From Balanoglossus misakiensis (Eukaryota > Animalia > Hemichordata): DNA of 64,000 bases. A model generated the notes under the pieces. It searched no databases and was not told the DNA's origin. It saw only the letters and a list, made by a program, of their open reading frames with translations. The DNA is taken from contig CM082578.2 in NCBI GenBank assembly GCA_040954595.2, positions 5,004,831 through 5,068,830 on the forward strand, written 5' to 3'. Of the stretch, positions 24,801-38,438 are shown one piece after another (position 1 is the first letter of the stretch; each line of letters opens with the position of its first letter). Position numbers and translations under genes: made by a program.

Positions 24801-27800
24801 TGCACATGAAAGGTCTACAAATGAACCAACCTTCTTAATTGGTTTATTTTCCTCCTCATTCACCTTAATAAGAAACATAATTTGTGGCAATTACACCCTG
24901 CGGAGGGAGATTTCTGAGAAGAATCCCCAAGCTTTACTAGAATTCGACATGATTTCGGTTTACAAAGCGAGGTCACATAATCAATTTGACGTAAATCGCA
25001 GCCAAACCAGAGATACGAAGGTGTCACGTCCTCTTGCTCTTTGGCAAGAATAGACAGTGTAACCGTCTGCGTAAAATCAGATGTAGAGTTAGGCGCTGGT
25101 GTTTTGGCTATTCTGTGCTCTGCATCATTCTGATTTCAATCAGATTGGCATAGCCTGTATACAACTGTGTATGTGACATGCATGGAGAGCACAACCGTCT
25201 ACATGTACGTCACAGGCATATAGAGAGTAGAACTGTTACGTCACAAAACATCGACAACATATAACTGTCCACTACCGCGAAAGCCCAGATCTGTTTATCG
25301 AGACTTTCCACTATTAAACGCTGGGGCTTGTCTGTCAACTGATAAGAGCGCATGCGTGCTGGTCCTTGACGACCGAGAGGTCGAACTGGCAATTAAAAGG
25401 TTTCCGTGTAGATCTGCAAAGTTATCGGTTACAGGGTTAATTGAGATATTTGGTACGTCATCAGAAAAAAACAATTCGCCACCCCGCGACGATGAATCGT
25501 GCGGGAGAAAGCCTGGGTGCGCGAGTGTATTTGTGCATGTTCATATTCATACATGTACATGTATGTTCCCTCGCAAATACATTGCAGCATTTCTCATAAT
25601 ATACACTGTACCCATGTCACAATACATCATGGTTTGTTCTCTGCTAAGGACTGTAAATAATACATATATGCAGCTCAGAAGACAAATTGTATTAACAGTT
25701 CTTCTCATCTAAAAGTATAAACACTGACCAGTCAAGTGGCTCAAGAAAACATATGGAGATGCTTGCACAAGTAGCGTATAGTCTTTGTCATATAATGCAA
25801 AATGTAGTCTGCTGACCCCCGATTTATTTTCATCAGTATATAACACAACACACAAGCATCAATATTTGCAAAATGAAGAGATGTTGGTGTAGAAATATGA
25901 CAGTTAGTATAAAGTAGTGAATTAAACGATGGGAAATTCAAATTCTAAATTGAACTACCTCGAATAACAGTTACACGTAACGTTGCCTCCAGGTTTAGTG
26001 TTTGGGGGGAATACGGTGCAAAGTCATTGGAGACATTTCAGACTTCGATAATTTTCGCGTTTGCGGTATCCATGTACTTGATATAATGTAGTGGGTGGTA
26101 CCTAACCCCAGACAGCGGACTTCGGGGATTGTTGGGAGGTCTGTACCGTCCAATATCGGTCATTGCGTCGCTATTTCAACGGCCCGCCAATAAGACACGC
26201 TGTGTCAAAGTAAGCGACATATGTGCATTTTCCACGGCCGGCATCGGACTTTTCAACAGTCAACAAGCCTGCCTCGCCCGCACTGTTACCGTAGAAAGAC
26301 AAAACGCATTTTCAGCGCATATGCCATTAATGCAATCACCCCTATTGCGATGTCAAGCTGAGTAAGCCGTTGAATGCTCAGTGCAAATCGATCCATTCTG
26401 ACAGCTATAACGGGTTGGGCGTACAGTTTCCCTTTTCACGGGGAATTTCACTCGATGTAACTATCCCTCTTCTAGTGAAAAGACTTACGTCTCCAGGGGA
26501 AACAAGTAGCTGCTTCTCGTGATTTCCAGCAGTCATCTTACTACATAAGAGGTCCCAAGACAATGCTTTGTTTGTCACATTTTACCGGGAGGCAAAAAAT
26601 GATCTTATATTTCATAGTTAGATGGGCTGTCACTTTTCACCTCGTCTGACGGTCGAGGATGGGTTATATTTGCAAGGCAACAAAATTGTGCCTTTTCTTC
26701 ACTGTTTTGGACGATTTCCGTTTGGAATGAATATCGTTTTATGTCAGTTCGCTCGCCAGGGGATGTCACTTCTTGACATGATTACACTTTAGATAGAAGG
26801 AAGACATGGGTAGGGAGATTTTGTGTCCTAACAACGCTCGAAAATGTCGCCAGATCGAAAATCCGGGTGTGCCTGTCGCGAGAAAACAACATGAAGCAGG
26901 TACATGTATTGGCCTGTCATAACAATTCACAACAAATGCCCCCAAACTGACAAACAGTTGTTAGTGAAGCACCCATGAAAACACGTTTTTACAATACAAC
27001 TTATTCCGGGATCGTATCACAAAATATATTGTTGTACTACATGTATGTACAACACGCTGTACTCATGCCGACTATGTAAGAACCAAGCATACTTTAAAAT
27101 CGTAACAAAAAGGCACCTTCCAGCCATATTGGATCGTATCGTATCGCACAACATGATGTACGCCGTATATAATTATGTATGTATGCTATAACAGGTTGTC
27201 CTGTTTTTTCAAGTTAAATATTTTTTCGGGATAAAATGGAAAAAAAATCGCCATCTGGTGGACCATGGAGGTACTAAGGTACTCTTAGTACTTCCATGGG
27301 TGGACATACTGGATTACATCGTAAAATAAATCGATGTTCGCATGTTCCACATTATTCAGACTCGGAGATTGAGCTATGTTTGTTCATGCATGCATGCACG
27401 GTTACTGACTCCAGGGGTAGGCACATTGTGCAAGTAGGCAGGACGGACGGAATAAAGTATTTAAGACAAGTTGACAGTCTGCTGGAGACGGGTTTGAACG
27501 AAATGATGCTGTGCACGTACAGCAGCCTGAGAGCCCAGAAGTCCCCGGGAATACAGTTTGAGGGAGAATCGAAAAAAACAAAATGGTTTAATACTGCTGT
27601 GCTCGTAGCTACATATATCCAAAACCAAAATAAAATGGTACAGTATTTTCAATATGGAAGTGGCGACGAGTTAGTGCTAGAAGTGCAAAGCACGAAACGT
27701 TGACTTCAGGGGGGAGAAAATGGCGATTTCTCCCTTTTAACCCATCTTCCACGGTTTGTTCACTTCCCTTGTAGTGGACGACAAATCTTCACGGTTTACT

Positions 27801-28523
27801 TGATCCGTGAAACGCAATTTAATGCTGCTAGTGGCTGACGGCAAGTTCATTATGGAGAAATGTCAACGAAAGCGAGCGGCCTACGGAAATTGCGAAATAT
27901 TCAGACGGACGTTATGAACGTGTGACGGAGCAATCCGAGCACTGTTCATGCTTCCTTCGAATTAAGTATGGCGCCCGCGTATGGTACGGTGCCCGCATAT
28001 GCATTGTTCACAAATTACCCCGGATTGTCGAAGCATTGACAATTAAAGTCGTTTAAACGTTACAGTTTTCTGTCATTTCCGCTTCCATTATAAACCTTTT
28101 TTTTCAAACCACATCGATATACATGTTAAAGTTGTAAAGCTGCAGGTACAATTCTTTGCATGAAAGCATCATTGTTGCCTCTCGCTCTGCTCTGCTTGGC
28201 GAAACATGTATCCGTTTGATCTTCTCCACTGATACGGACCTCAAGCCTTACACCTGAAGCGGCAAGTACGTGTTCGCTTCCCTTCTCATGAATTTTGCAG
28301 AGCGGGAGACCTGTCGCCCATGAATCTTCCACGGCACGACACTTCATGTATATGTGCAAGTAAATGAAGTTGCGCATGCGCCCTCACTCTCCACTCAGTC
28401 TCCCCAGTTCAGGGCCATTAGTGTCATTTCGTAATCAGCGGGCGATACTTGAGCTCCTGCTCCCCCCAGCCATATCGCGAACATACATGAGAATGACGAC
28501 GTCTTTCCCGTTTTCATTTCTAG

Positions 28524-31500
28524 ATGCCTTCACGCCGAATTCGGGAAGCCGCACCAACGCCGTCATCAACGACGATATTTCCTTGGCCCTGATCATCGTC
28601 GCCGTTGTCTTGTTGGCAACGTTCCTTTGTGTCTGCTGCGCGGCGTGTCGCAACTCGCTCTGTCCCGACGATCAGGCCGGTAAGTTGATGCTCACCATTA
28701 TTGCACTCGGCTTTTTTTTACCAACGTTTACACTTTCTGTTCTGACATGTTCCCGACAAAACGTCACGGTTTCGACGCAGAGTGGAAAGGCAATCTTGTC
28801 TAGGAGTGAAATACGATAACTCTTACAAAGTCGTCAAATGTTGTTTTGTTTCACTCGATAAGTACTCTGTATTGTCAAGTTCTGCGCGGATAATACGCCG
28901 AATCTTTGACAATCAGTTGCAACAACTATGTGAACACATCAATGCCATATTTTCTTAGTATTGACCAAAAATCGTCATGGGGCTCGGTGTCATACTGTCC
29001 CGTGACGTGTCAGAATACGAGCCGTGCCATTCCAAATCGTATTTATATGCAGAGTGTACATAACCCCTTGCGCAAAAAAACATAAATATCTAATGTAATG
29101 CCATGGCGACGATATTCGAATGTGGGGTTGGGGTGGGAAGCCTTAAAGCTCATCATCCTCCATATTTAACGCCTCTCTGAAGAGTATGAGATCTCGTTGA
29201 AAGCAGTTCCAGGTTTTCCTCACAGGACGCGCCTCTTGGGACAGCGGGGGGATTAAACGCTGTCCTCGTATACCGCACAGTGCACCATGTACAGGACATG
29301 AATTGTGGCCGTCTACATGTAGGTGCTTAGAACTGCATGTAGCCCCGCGCCAGCATCATTACGACGCTAAACTCCTGGGACGTAGATTAGAACTGTCTTA
29401 TCTTACTCCCCATGCATAAACTTTAGACATATCATCTTCCCACGTTTTTTTTTCTGTATGTGTGTCAACATGCACTGTAACTGCCAACATGATAGTTGAC
29501 ACCCACTCGACAAGCTGTTCACGATTTCTTGGAAGACGTTCAATACTGTGTGATTAGGTTCTGAGTTTCGGTTGTTTCACTGGACACATATCAATTACTG
29601 TATATGGTTGCACAGTCGAGATTTACCGGTACACATGCACGCCCGCCCGCCACCCCTACAATACCGACGCTCACCGACTTGACACAAACTCTTCCGTTAT
29701 GATTTTTATGAAGGCATTCATTACTTTAGAAGAGTCCAGGGGTACAGTGTAATTAAATTGGATTATTAACGACATATGTTCCACTTAGATGTTCCGTTAG
29801 TTTCTTGCCGGTTTCTTCAAAGGCGTTTCATTTTTCTCGCCAGTCACATTTCAAGGAGCTCAAACATTCCAAACAAAAGTCATTTCTAGATGAACATTGT
29901 CTCCAGGCAGTCAAACATCAGACCTTCAGCCGGTGCTGTAAAGAGAGCGTACTCTGAACAATATTATTTAAATACCAGAACTATTTATATTGTGTCTGAC
30001 TCAAATGCGCGATGAGTTGCTAAAAATTAGTTTATTAAAAAAATTAATGATAATTACGAAAACGAAGCAAATAGCATTGAAACTGTTTTGAAAGTACAAA
30101 ACGACTACGAAAGTATGCGAGACGTCTAAGGCTTGCCGTAACCATTTCGACTTAGCTCTTCGTTGATATTTGCTCTTTTATTTTAAATGGAAGTGACAGA
30201 GCAGGCAGAGTGAAGTATGCTTTGCAGTTCATTCGTTCAAGGGTCTGCGCAGGTGACATAACTACTCATGTGCGCATGTAACGAGCAAAGACTGCGACAG
30301 GTGACAACCCCACTGGACTACTACACAATCCACTCTGGTCGGTCAACGCTCTCCGAGGTTGAGTCCAAGCGACAGCAGAAAATAATATAATGCGATGTGT
30401 TTGGAGAACTGTAATGATAGATATTTCCATTTTTAAAACTGTTTCAAGATAATCCAAGAAGTTGAGCCGTGTTTCTGTAGAAAACAAAACAGTAACAGCT
30501 ATTGTCTTTTAACATTTACTTCCATGACTTAAGTTTCGAACTAGATGCCACGTTGTTATATACGCCAATATATGTGTTTGATTACAGTCTGCCTTCAGAA
30601 TAGTGTCAATAGAGTGCTCCGCCAAATTTCTCGGGACTCATCCAATTTTTAGGAGAAAACCATTTGATTTCTTTCAGGACAGATTGTGGATTATTGAAAA
30701 AAATAGTTCGCAAATGGCGCGGACGAACAAAATGCTTCTGCAATGCCCTGGGGGAAAAAGGTGGACTGGGAATCGAAAAGAAAATTGGCTGTAACAGTGA
30801 CTAAATATATTTCCTGACATACCTCCCCCCCCCCCCTCGAAATCAAATGGTTCTCCCCTTACTGTCACCCGATTGCTCAATAAACCTGCGCGGGCGGACG
30901 TATCAACACTGACGCAGGTTTATGTATGAAAGGAAAACTTTAATTGAGAGGCACTGAGAGTGAAATTAGACGGTATTTTGTGACCGACGACTGCATACAA
31001 ATGCCGCCTATACCGAAGCTTGAACGCACAGCTCGGTCGGACGTGAAGTTACGTGTGTGAAGGCACGGCGGGGCTAGATGTGGGTTCACATTTCAGAACC
31101 AGATCTAGAAGTACGGAACGATAAAATACTGCCGCACCAGATACATGTATATTAATTTTCGATTCAAGCCTTCAAACGAGAAACCCTCACACTAAAAATA
31201 CCGTCATCATGATGGTCATCATGACGTGTTTGGGAATTACTTCTGCGGGAAACTCACCCTTCAGACTGAAAACCGAACGATCCATCTTCCCGCCCGAAAT
31301 GAAACGCGAGTTGATCACGTAGCTGCACCGCGGCGGAAATGAAAAGTGGTCCACAGCCGAACTTGTTTCCGAGATCTCCAACCACACACAGCTTCTATAT
31401 CTCGCGTGAGATGAATCGATTTTACTTCCTGAACCGAAACATCATTGCTATGCTTATCCCATCTCTGGCTTTGTTTACGCCGTAATAGGATTTAGCGCGG

Positions 31501-34500
31501 TTGTCACAATATTCAAGGAAAAACAGCTGAGCCAGGTAATCAACTTCAGCGGACAATTTACCCACTCACCGCACCGCTGACAAGAAACAAAACATCGGCC
31601 AATTTAGACCGAACCGAGACAATCTAAATACACGTGGGTACTAATTGACAACTAATACCCACATTTTATGAGTGATAAATGTCAATATGTGTTATTATAC
31701 CACACACCAAAGCTAGTTTATTCTGATCGTGAATAATTATCCTCCCGAGACGTAGACTGGTGAGCGATGGTGATAACCCGCCGTGCATATTGAATGCGTG
31801 ATCAAGGATTAGATTCTGACGTGTGTGCAACCGAGCAGGTTGTGGAAACTACTAGCTAGGTAATTCTGCGACACCGTATATGCGCTGAAGTACTGTCCAA
31901 GGCGATGGATTCTTTCGACGACGTTGAGATCCGTAAGGATAAATCGCACCATGAGTCAACACTCTTCACTGCATGGCAAATACGCGCAGGCGCACTCAAA
32001 AGGGAGAAAAATCGATGTTGATCTGGATACCCCTGGTTTATTACAAAGATGGCGACTTTGTCTCCTTAAATCCCGTGACATGAATAGTTACGACCGCATG
32101 GTCATCCCATTCCGAGATGAAAGTGATCAAATCCAATCAGTGTGTGAAACAATGAACACAGCAGGGACGTTTACTCGGTTGAAGGATAATTTAGGACTTT
32201 ATCCCAAAATGAGCCCTGAATAAAGCAAGGTTTATAGGTTATTGCGGGATGCTGTTGATTAGGATGGATGGTCCGTTGGTTCACACATTCCAATACGTGA
32301 GTGAGTTTTGTTTCATTACATCACATCACATTACGGTACAGTACAGTACAGTACAGTACAGTACATCACATTACTGTACAGTACAGTACAGTACAGTACA
32401 GTACAGTACAGTACAGTACAGTACAGTACAGTACAGTACAGTACAGTACAGTACAGTACAGTGCAGTACTGTGTTTTGTGCTCCTAAACCCTTTGCCACA
32501 TCACGTAACAAAGCCTTCAGAGAAAGTATCGCTGCTTGCCGTGCAATTTTGTCCTTCTTTCGGGTTCTCTTAGACTAAACCATCTGTCCTTGATTGCTCA
32601 TCACGTTTTCTCCCCGAATAACGATGGCGGTTTTTTTTTTTGTCGCTAGAATTGGGAGTGTGTCATCGCTTTCAAGCGCGCACTTCATACCAAGATTTTC
32701 ACAGAGCGTCACGTTTGAAGTTCAAATTGAAAGATCTAACCGCGAGCGATTCTGCTGTAAGTTGCAGTATAAATTGGAAAGCGGAATGAGGCTTTGAATG
32801 CTAACTATCTGAATATAATCATACACCGCAGGCCTTGACTGAGTACAGCAGCGCCTAATGAGAGATGTCTCCTCGGGTCACAAAGGCCAGGTGTCATTTT
32901 GTAATACACTTTTCAAGTACTAGTGTGGGGCTGGTCTTTACTCTTTCAATAAACATGAACCTAAACTCTCTGTCTCACAATTATGTCCGAATTTTGCGTG
33001 ATATTTCCCCCCTCGGGATGTCTTTCAGTCGTGTTCTCCGACCCGTTGATTTCAAACCATTCTTTCTCAATCGAATTTTCTTTCCAAATTTCTCGGGTGA
33101 TTCGAATTTCACCACACGTAAATTGTTCCTCTCTCAAAGAAAACACTGCCACGTCATTGAATGGCGCAATCGGCTTGATGAAATCGATTTCTATTGAGGG
33201 CACTTTGCGGTTTAGACTTTGAGAGTTTTTTTTTCTTGCCTTGGTGTAAAATGCAATTTAGCATCAGTAAAGGCTTTCCAATTTGCGTCGTGTAAATGAA
33301 AGTGGCGCCCAAGGCAGGACGCAGTTACCGCCGAAAAATAATTGTACATTTCACCGACTCAAAGAAGTTATCACCTCATGTCTTCCATTACTTGAACGCG
33401 AAAAAGTTTTGATGATGACCCGCGGCTGCGATTAGCCAGATTTTACATGTAGCTAATTCAAAAACCTCATTAAAGGCGTTTTATAGGCGTAATTGGGCCT
33501 GGAAGTTTGGAAATGTGAACAGGCGTTTCGTTGATCTCTTCTTTCCTGTACATGTATATGGAATTTAGGTTTAAAAAAAATAATTGCAGGTATACCCAAC
33601 AAGCCCGGTCGAAATGCAGTGGATTGCCTCCGTATCGTCTGAATTGCCGCGTGATCCCCACCTCTAGTCTGTAATGGTACAATACACGGTGTCTGTAAAT
33701 TCAACCAGATTGCCCAGGAGCTATAGAATCCCATTCTCTACAAAATGCGCTTTCAAAGTATGTTCCAAGGGGCAGGTTGTTCTCATACACTGTGCTTGTT
33801 ACATTTGCCTTTTAAAAGCCACCACAAGCGACCTTTAATTATTCAAGCATTACATTAGTTATTTCTTTTGCTTGAAATGTTGTTACCATGTCAACGGGGT
33901 GTGACAAAATTGTGGTTTGTATCGGCACACCCTGCAATGTGTTTTACTCCACGCGACCGATGCAAACAAATTCAATTGATCGAATGTTTTACTGTGCTCA
34001 CTCACCGCATGATAAATTTATAGAAATAGCTTGACAGTTAATCTGTGAGGCGCTATATTTTAGTAGAAATAAAATCAGCAACTTCTGAAATGAACAATCC
34101 GATCAAAAGTGAAAAAGCGAAATATCTGCTGATGACTCGTCCAATGCGATATACGAAAAGGAAAGCGTACACCCCCCCCCGAAATCGAAGGGTTCTCCCT
34201 TATGAAGACTTTGATAGGAAACGTCCTCCGAGTATTGCAAAATAGCCCAGTTGATTTTCAAACAGTAGCTCATTACATGTACATGCTCACATCTGCGGGT
34301 ACATGAATTTCTGTAAACTGAAATGGTCGACCTCCGTACAGTATGACATGATGCAGATAAAATTGTTGATTTCCGGCGGACAAAAAAAATGAAAACACGA
34401 CGACCTCCTCTCAATTCAAACAACCTGTGTTGCTCTCCGCTGCACATGCTGCGCAAATCACACCATCCATGCATCATATACGCGGCGCTAATAACATGTC

Positions 34501-35365
34501 TATAGTGGAAGGGGATTATTGGCTATTGCGCTCTGTTTTAATATTCATGCGACCAGCAGATGAAATTGGAATTCGGTTACGCATCGGTGGTAACATGTAT
34601 CTCAATTTCCTACAAGTGGAATTATTTTGAATATTTTGTCTTTTTTTTGCATTTTCCCCTACAGACAGCGATGCAGCGACCGATTCGCCAGATACACCAA
34701 ACTTGTTATCCTGCGAGATAGAAATCAACGATATTATCCCGCCAACATACAGCAATCTTGTTGCGGAAGGTATTATCGAAGAAGAGGAAGGAAACGAAAA
34801 CCGTGCGCGGGAAACCTCCAGCGTCGTTGTCATGGAACCCGTGACACCACCCCCAAATTATGACATAGTGTTCAAGCCTTCATGGCCAAGGTCGGCCTCT
34901 GCTTATGTTTTGCATCCCGAGCGGATAGAGGAGGTGGCCATGGCGGATCTCTACACCAGACAGGCGTCGCGGACGTCAGAGCGGACCGTTCGCTCCGAGA
35001 ACTCCATCAATAGATCGGTATCTTTCGCCGACGAGGTCTTCACTCCCGACGAGAACGAGGCGGCCGAACAGTCGAACAGGCCGCGGCAAGCCCAGGACAG
35101 CGATGTGACGAGTCCAGCTTCTACAGATGAAAGCACGACAACTTCAAATAGTACACCATCACCTCAGGAAGAACAAGCACACTCGCTTCATTCTGTTTCC
35201 GAGTCAGAAAACGAACCGTCTCAGACACTGAGCCCGTCGTCGGAGTCGGAACAGTTTGAAAATCAGCCTCGTTCGGACGAGGAGGCTGACGGACAAGGGG
35301 TTGAACAAGAGAATGGAATAGCTGAAACTGGAAACAGAGATGACAACACTGGCGACCAAACGTGA
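28524..35365 (+). CDS. single-pass membrane protein with Cys-rich juxtamembrane segment and two PPxY motifs (WBP1/VOPP1/Shisa-like architecture)
   Basis: Exon 28524-28679 (catttctag|...g|gtaag) encodes TM ISLALIIVAVVLLATFL + CVCCAAC. It joins in phase 1 to exon 34665-35365 (cctacag|), an acidic disordered tail with PPTY and PPNY ending in TGA. AATAAA at ~35646. Start codon unresolved. Confidence 0.8.
30652..30858 (+). mobile_element. short Harbinger-type MITE, TTA TSD
   Basis: TTA GGAGAAAACCATTTGATTTC ... GAAATCAAATGGTTCTCCCC TTA (20-bp TIR, 2 mismatches). A decayed related end is at ~34172-34202. Confidence 0.65.
32316..32470. repeat. (CAGTA)n pentanucleotide microsatellite
   Basis: Directly visible. 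Confidence 0.95.
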
Positions 35366-36320
35366 TTTGGGGATTTTTATACTGCAAGAGGATAAATCAT
35401 ATTAATATATCATATTTAAACTCAACAGGTTAAATTATAAATCTCTTGAGGTGATGGAGACAATGGAATACTGTTCTCAGTATAATGTATCTGTTGTGCG
35501 TACTTTGTCATGTTTGGGCCGTTGATGTCTCGTGCCAAAGAGAAAGCCGTTTTTGTGTGCGATCTTTGTACAATAGGATGGAAACTATCACAGACGATGC
35601 ATCCGGGATATGACAAGATCGCGCAATCGACGCCTGTAAGTCAAGAATAAAGTCATTTGCAAAAACCGGATATTAATGAATATTTGCGATGCACTGCAGT
35701 GGATAAGTGTGCATCTCGGCGCTGTGGTGAACCCAAGAAGCTGGATTTGTAAGAGCGCCATCAGTGTTCCATCAGTGAACGTTTTTGTTCCCAATCGAGC
35801 TTACCGATTTCTATGCAGCGAGGTGGCGTACAGGACGTTCGTTTGCCTGGGGATTGAGTTTTGCCGTATGTTCAGTATTAAATTGACAATTAGACTTTCC
35901 CATCAGATATCCAGACGACATTACCGTAATAGAGAGGCGGATTCGATTTACTGGCGAGTCCCGCAGTACGTAACACAGAACGAGCATCACAGGATGCGTC
36001 AACAGCCAATCAGAAAGAATTTGAGGAAACATGAAATGCAGTCATGTATGATTATATTTTAAAGCGACAAATCCGATTGAGTTTCAACACTGCAAGTTTA
36101 GTTTATTACTTTTCCCCTAAGACGTCGTTCATGGTCTCCTCACTGACACATTGTAATAGCTTCACCTCCACACTCACCCCGCATGAAGAACCTGAATTCT
36201 TCAATGGGACGGTTTAAGCCTATGTTACATTACCAGAAATCATTTCTTCAAAATATTTTCACGTAAGCCCAGACCGGAACTCTAATGAACAACAGATTGA
36301 ATCTAGGATGTTTCAGAGAT

Positions 36321-36402
36321 CTCCGTAACAATGTCACCTTAGGAATGTCATATTTCCGATAGCTCCGTAACAATGTCACCTTAGGAATGTCATATTTCCG
36401 AT
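36321..36402. repeat. exact 40-bp direct duplication (period 42)
   Basis: CTCCGTAACAATGTCACCTTAGGAATGTCATATTTCCGAT at 36321-36360 and 36363-36402. Confidence 0.95.
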
Positions 36403-37049
36403 GTGTACCACCTTTCTTATTTGTAACATCATATCTAAGTGCGCGGTGAGTTCTTTATCGTGACACTTCACAACCATGCCTTGCACAGTTCTCGCGAAAC
36501 AGTATTTATTTATTCAGTGTAGCTGGGCGGGAAACCCCCAGTGTCTGTCAAAACATTGCGCAACCAGACAGCAGACGGCCGACATTTTGTCACAGTTCAC
36601 TGCACTAATCTACCAAATTTGGAAAATCTGCCAGTACATTCAACTGCATCCTATCCGCGAACATTTGGAACTTTTGTTAGTAAATTATATTTTGTTTCAT
36701 AATCATTCGCACAAATTTACAGGTTCCCAACAACCACTGGTGACCGTCACCTAAGGAAAAGTTTATTATCTTTGACTTTCACGAGAGAAACGACAACATG
36801 ATTGCCATGGTTGACTGTGGGGTGGCGAAAATAATGACAAAAATTTACACTTATGAATATTATTGATCTTCGAACCATACTGTATATTGCTAAAATTCTA
36901 ATTTATTTCATACTTTCCACTATATCATATTTTTATATCTCACAGTACACACATTGTATTTCCAAAAATAAAACCATGTATAATATACATTTAAAATATG
37001 CATTATGTTATGTTTATGGATATACATTTACACTTGTTATATCAAGCTA

Positions 37050-38438
37050 AACCTTTTTGGAACCTTTTTGTGACCTTTGTCGATTTGACAAAGGCCTTCG
37101 ACACAGTCAGCAGGGATGGCTTATGGAAGATAATGGAGAAGTTTGGCTGCCCAAGCAAGTTCATCACGATCGTCCGGCAGTTCCATGAAGGCATGATGGT
37201 GAAGGTACTAGATGACGGAGATGAGTCAGAGGCTTTCCCTGTGACAAACGGCGTGAAACAAGGATGTGTTCTTGCTCCAACGCTGTTTAGCATGGTCTTC
37301 TCAGCCATGCTGACAGATGCCTTCCGTGATTGCCAGGAAGGGATGCATGTCAGGTACAGGACTGATGGTGGTCTGTTTAACCTCCGACGCTTGCAGGCTG
37401 TTACCAAGGTGAAGGAGACTATCATCAGAGACTTTTTGTTCGCTGATGACTGCGCCCTCAACGCTGGCACTGAGCAGAAGATGCAGCACGAGATGGACTG
37501 CCTCTCAAGAGCCTGTGACAACTTTGGACTCACTATAAGCACAAAAAAGACGGAAGTAATGTTTCAGCCTGCACCAGGACAGCCTTTCAGAAAACCACAC
37601 ATCACGGTGAAGGGACATGCTCTCCAGGCTGTCGACAGCTTCACCTACCTGGGCAGCACACTTTCAAGAGCGGTGAACATTGATGCAGAAGTCACCAACA
37701 GGATCGCCAAGGCTAGCTCTGCTTTTGGGAGACTCCGTGAGAACGTCTGGGAGCGGAGGGGACTCAGTTTCGCCACCAAGCTGAAGGTCTATCGCGCAGT
37801 TGTGCTCACCACCCTTCTCTACGCCTGTGAGACCTGGACTGTCTACAGCAGACATGCTAAACAGCTAAACCGTTTTCACTTGAGCTGCCTTCGTAGACTC
37901 CTACGCATCAAGTGGCAGGACAAAATCCCCGACACGGAAGTCCTAGAACAGGCCGGCACCCCCAGCATCCACACACTTCTACAGAAAGCACAGGTCAGAT
38001 GGGCAGGTCATGTCGTCAGAATGCCCGACAGCAGACTGCCAAAACAACTATTGTACGGAGAACTGTGCGAAGGAAAGCGCTCAGTCGGGGGACAGAAGAA
38101 ACGCTTTAAGGACAGCCTCAAAGCGTCCCTCAAAGACATGAATATTAACATCAGCACCTGGGAGCAGCTTGCTACCAACCGTCCAACTTGGCGTAGCAAA
38201 GTCAGCACTGGCGCCCGCGCAGCAGAGAAGCGACGCACTACAGAAGCACAGCAGAAACGTGAAGCGCGCAAAGCTCGAGCTGCCAACACTTGCAACGCAG
38301 CACCTACCCATACCTGTCCCATATGTGGACGTGCCCTACGGGCCCGGATTGGCCTCGTCAGTCATCTTCGGACCCACAACAACTGACCTTCGTTCTGATA
38401 TGGAGTCAAGCTCATCCTCGTATCGAGGGAGGAACATC
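37050..38438 (+). mobile_element. 5'-truncated non-LTR retrotransposon (RTE clade LINE) with open RT + C2H2 ORF
   Basis: RT motifs FVDLTKAFDTV, GVKQGCVLAPTLF, LFADD and FTYLGS; RWAGHVVRM; terminal CPIC..H..H finger; stop at 38386; short 3'UTR ending in ATC. TSD ATCAAGCTA at 37041-37049 and 38439-38447. The first ~17 aa of the track ORF are flanking DNA. Confidence 0.95.

Noticed and set aside
27000-27290. Decayed GCCATATTGGATCGTATC-type repeat units (similar-looking sequence at ~59710-60070)
   Set aside because: Probably old interspersed repeat remnants, but ends and family cannot be defined from this window.
28160-28219. Signal-peptide-like MKASLLPLALLCLAKH upstream of the PPxY gene
   Set aside because: Stops after 19 codons, and its only donor is phase 0, incompatible with the phase-1 exon at 28524.
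29170-29218. Hammerhead-like CTGAAGA...GAAA motif (and a weaker one at ~25365-25390)
   Set aside because: Stem II closing pairs and stem I register are broken; at most a decayed PLE remnant.
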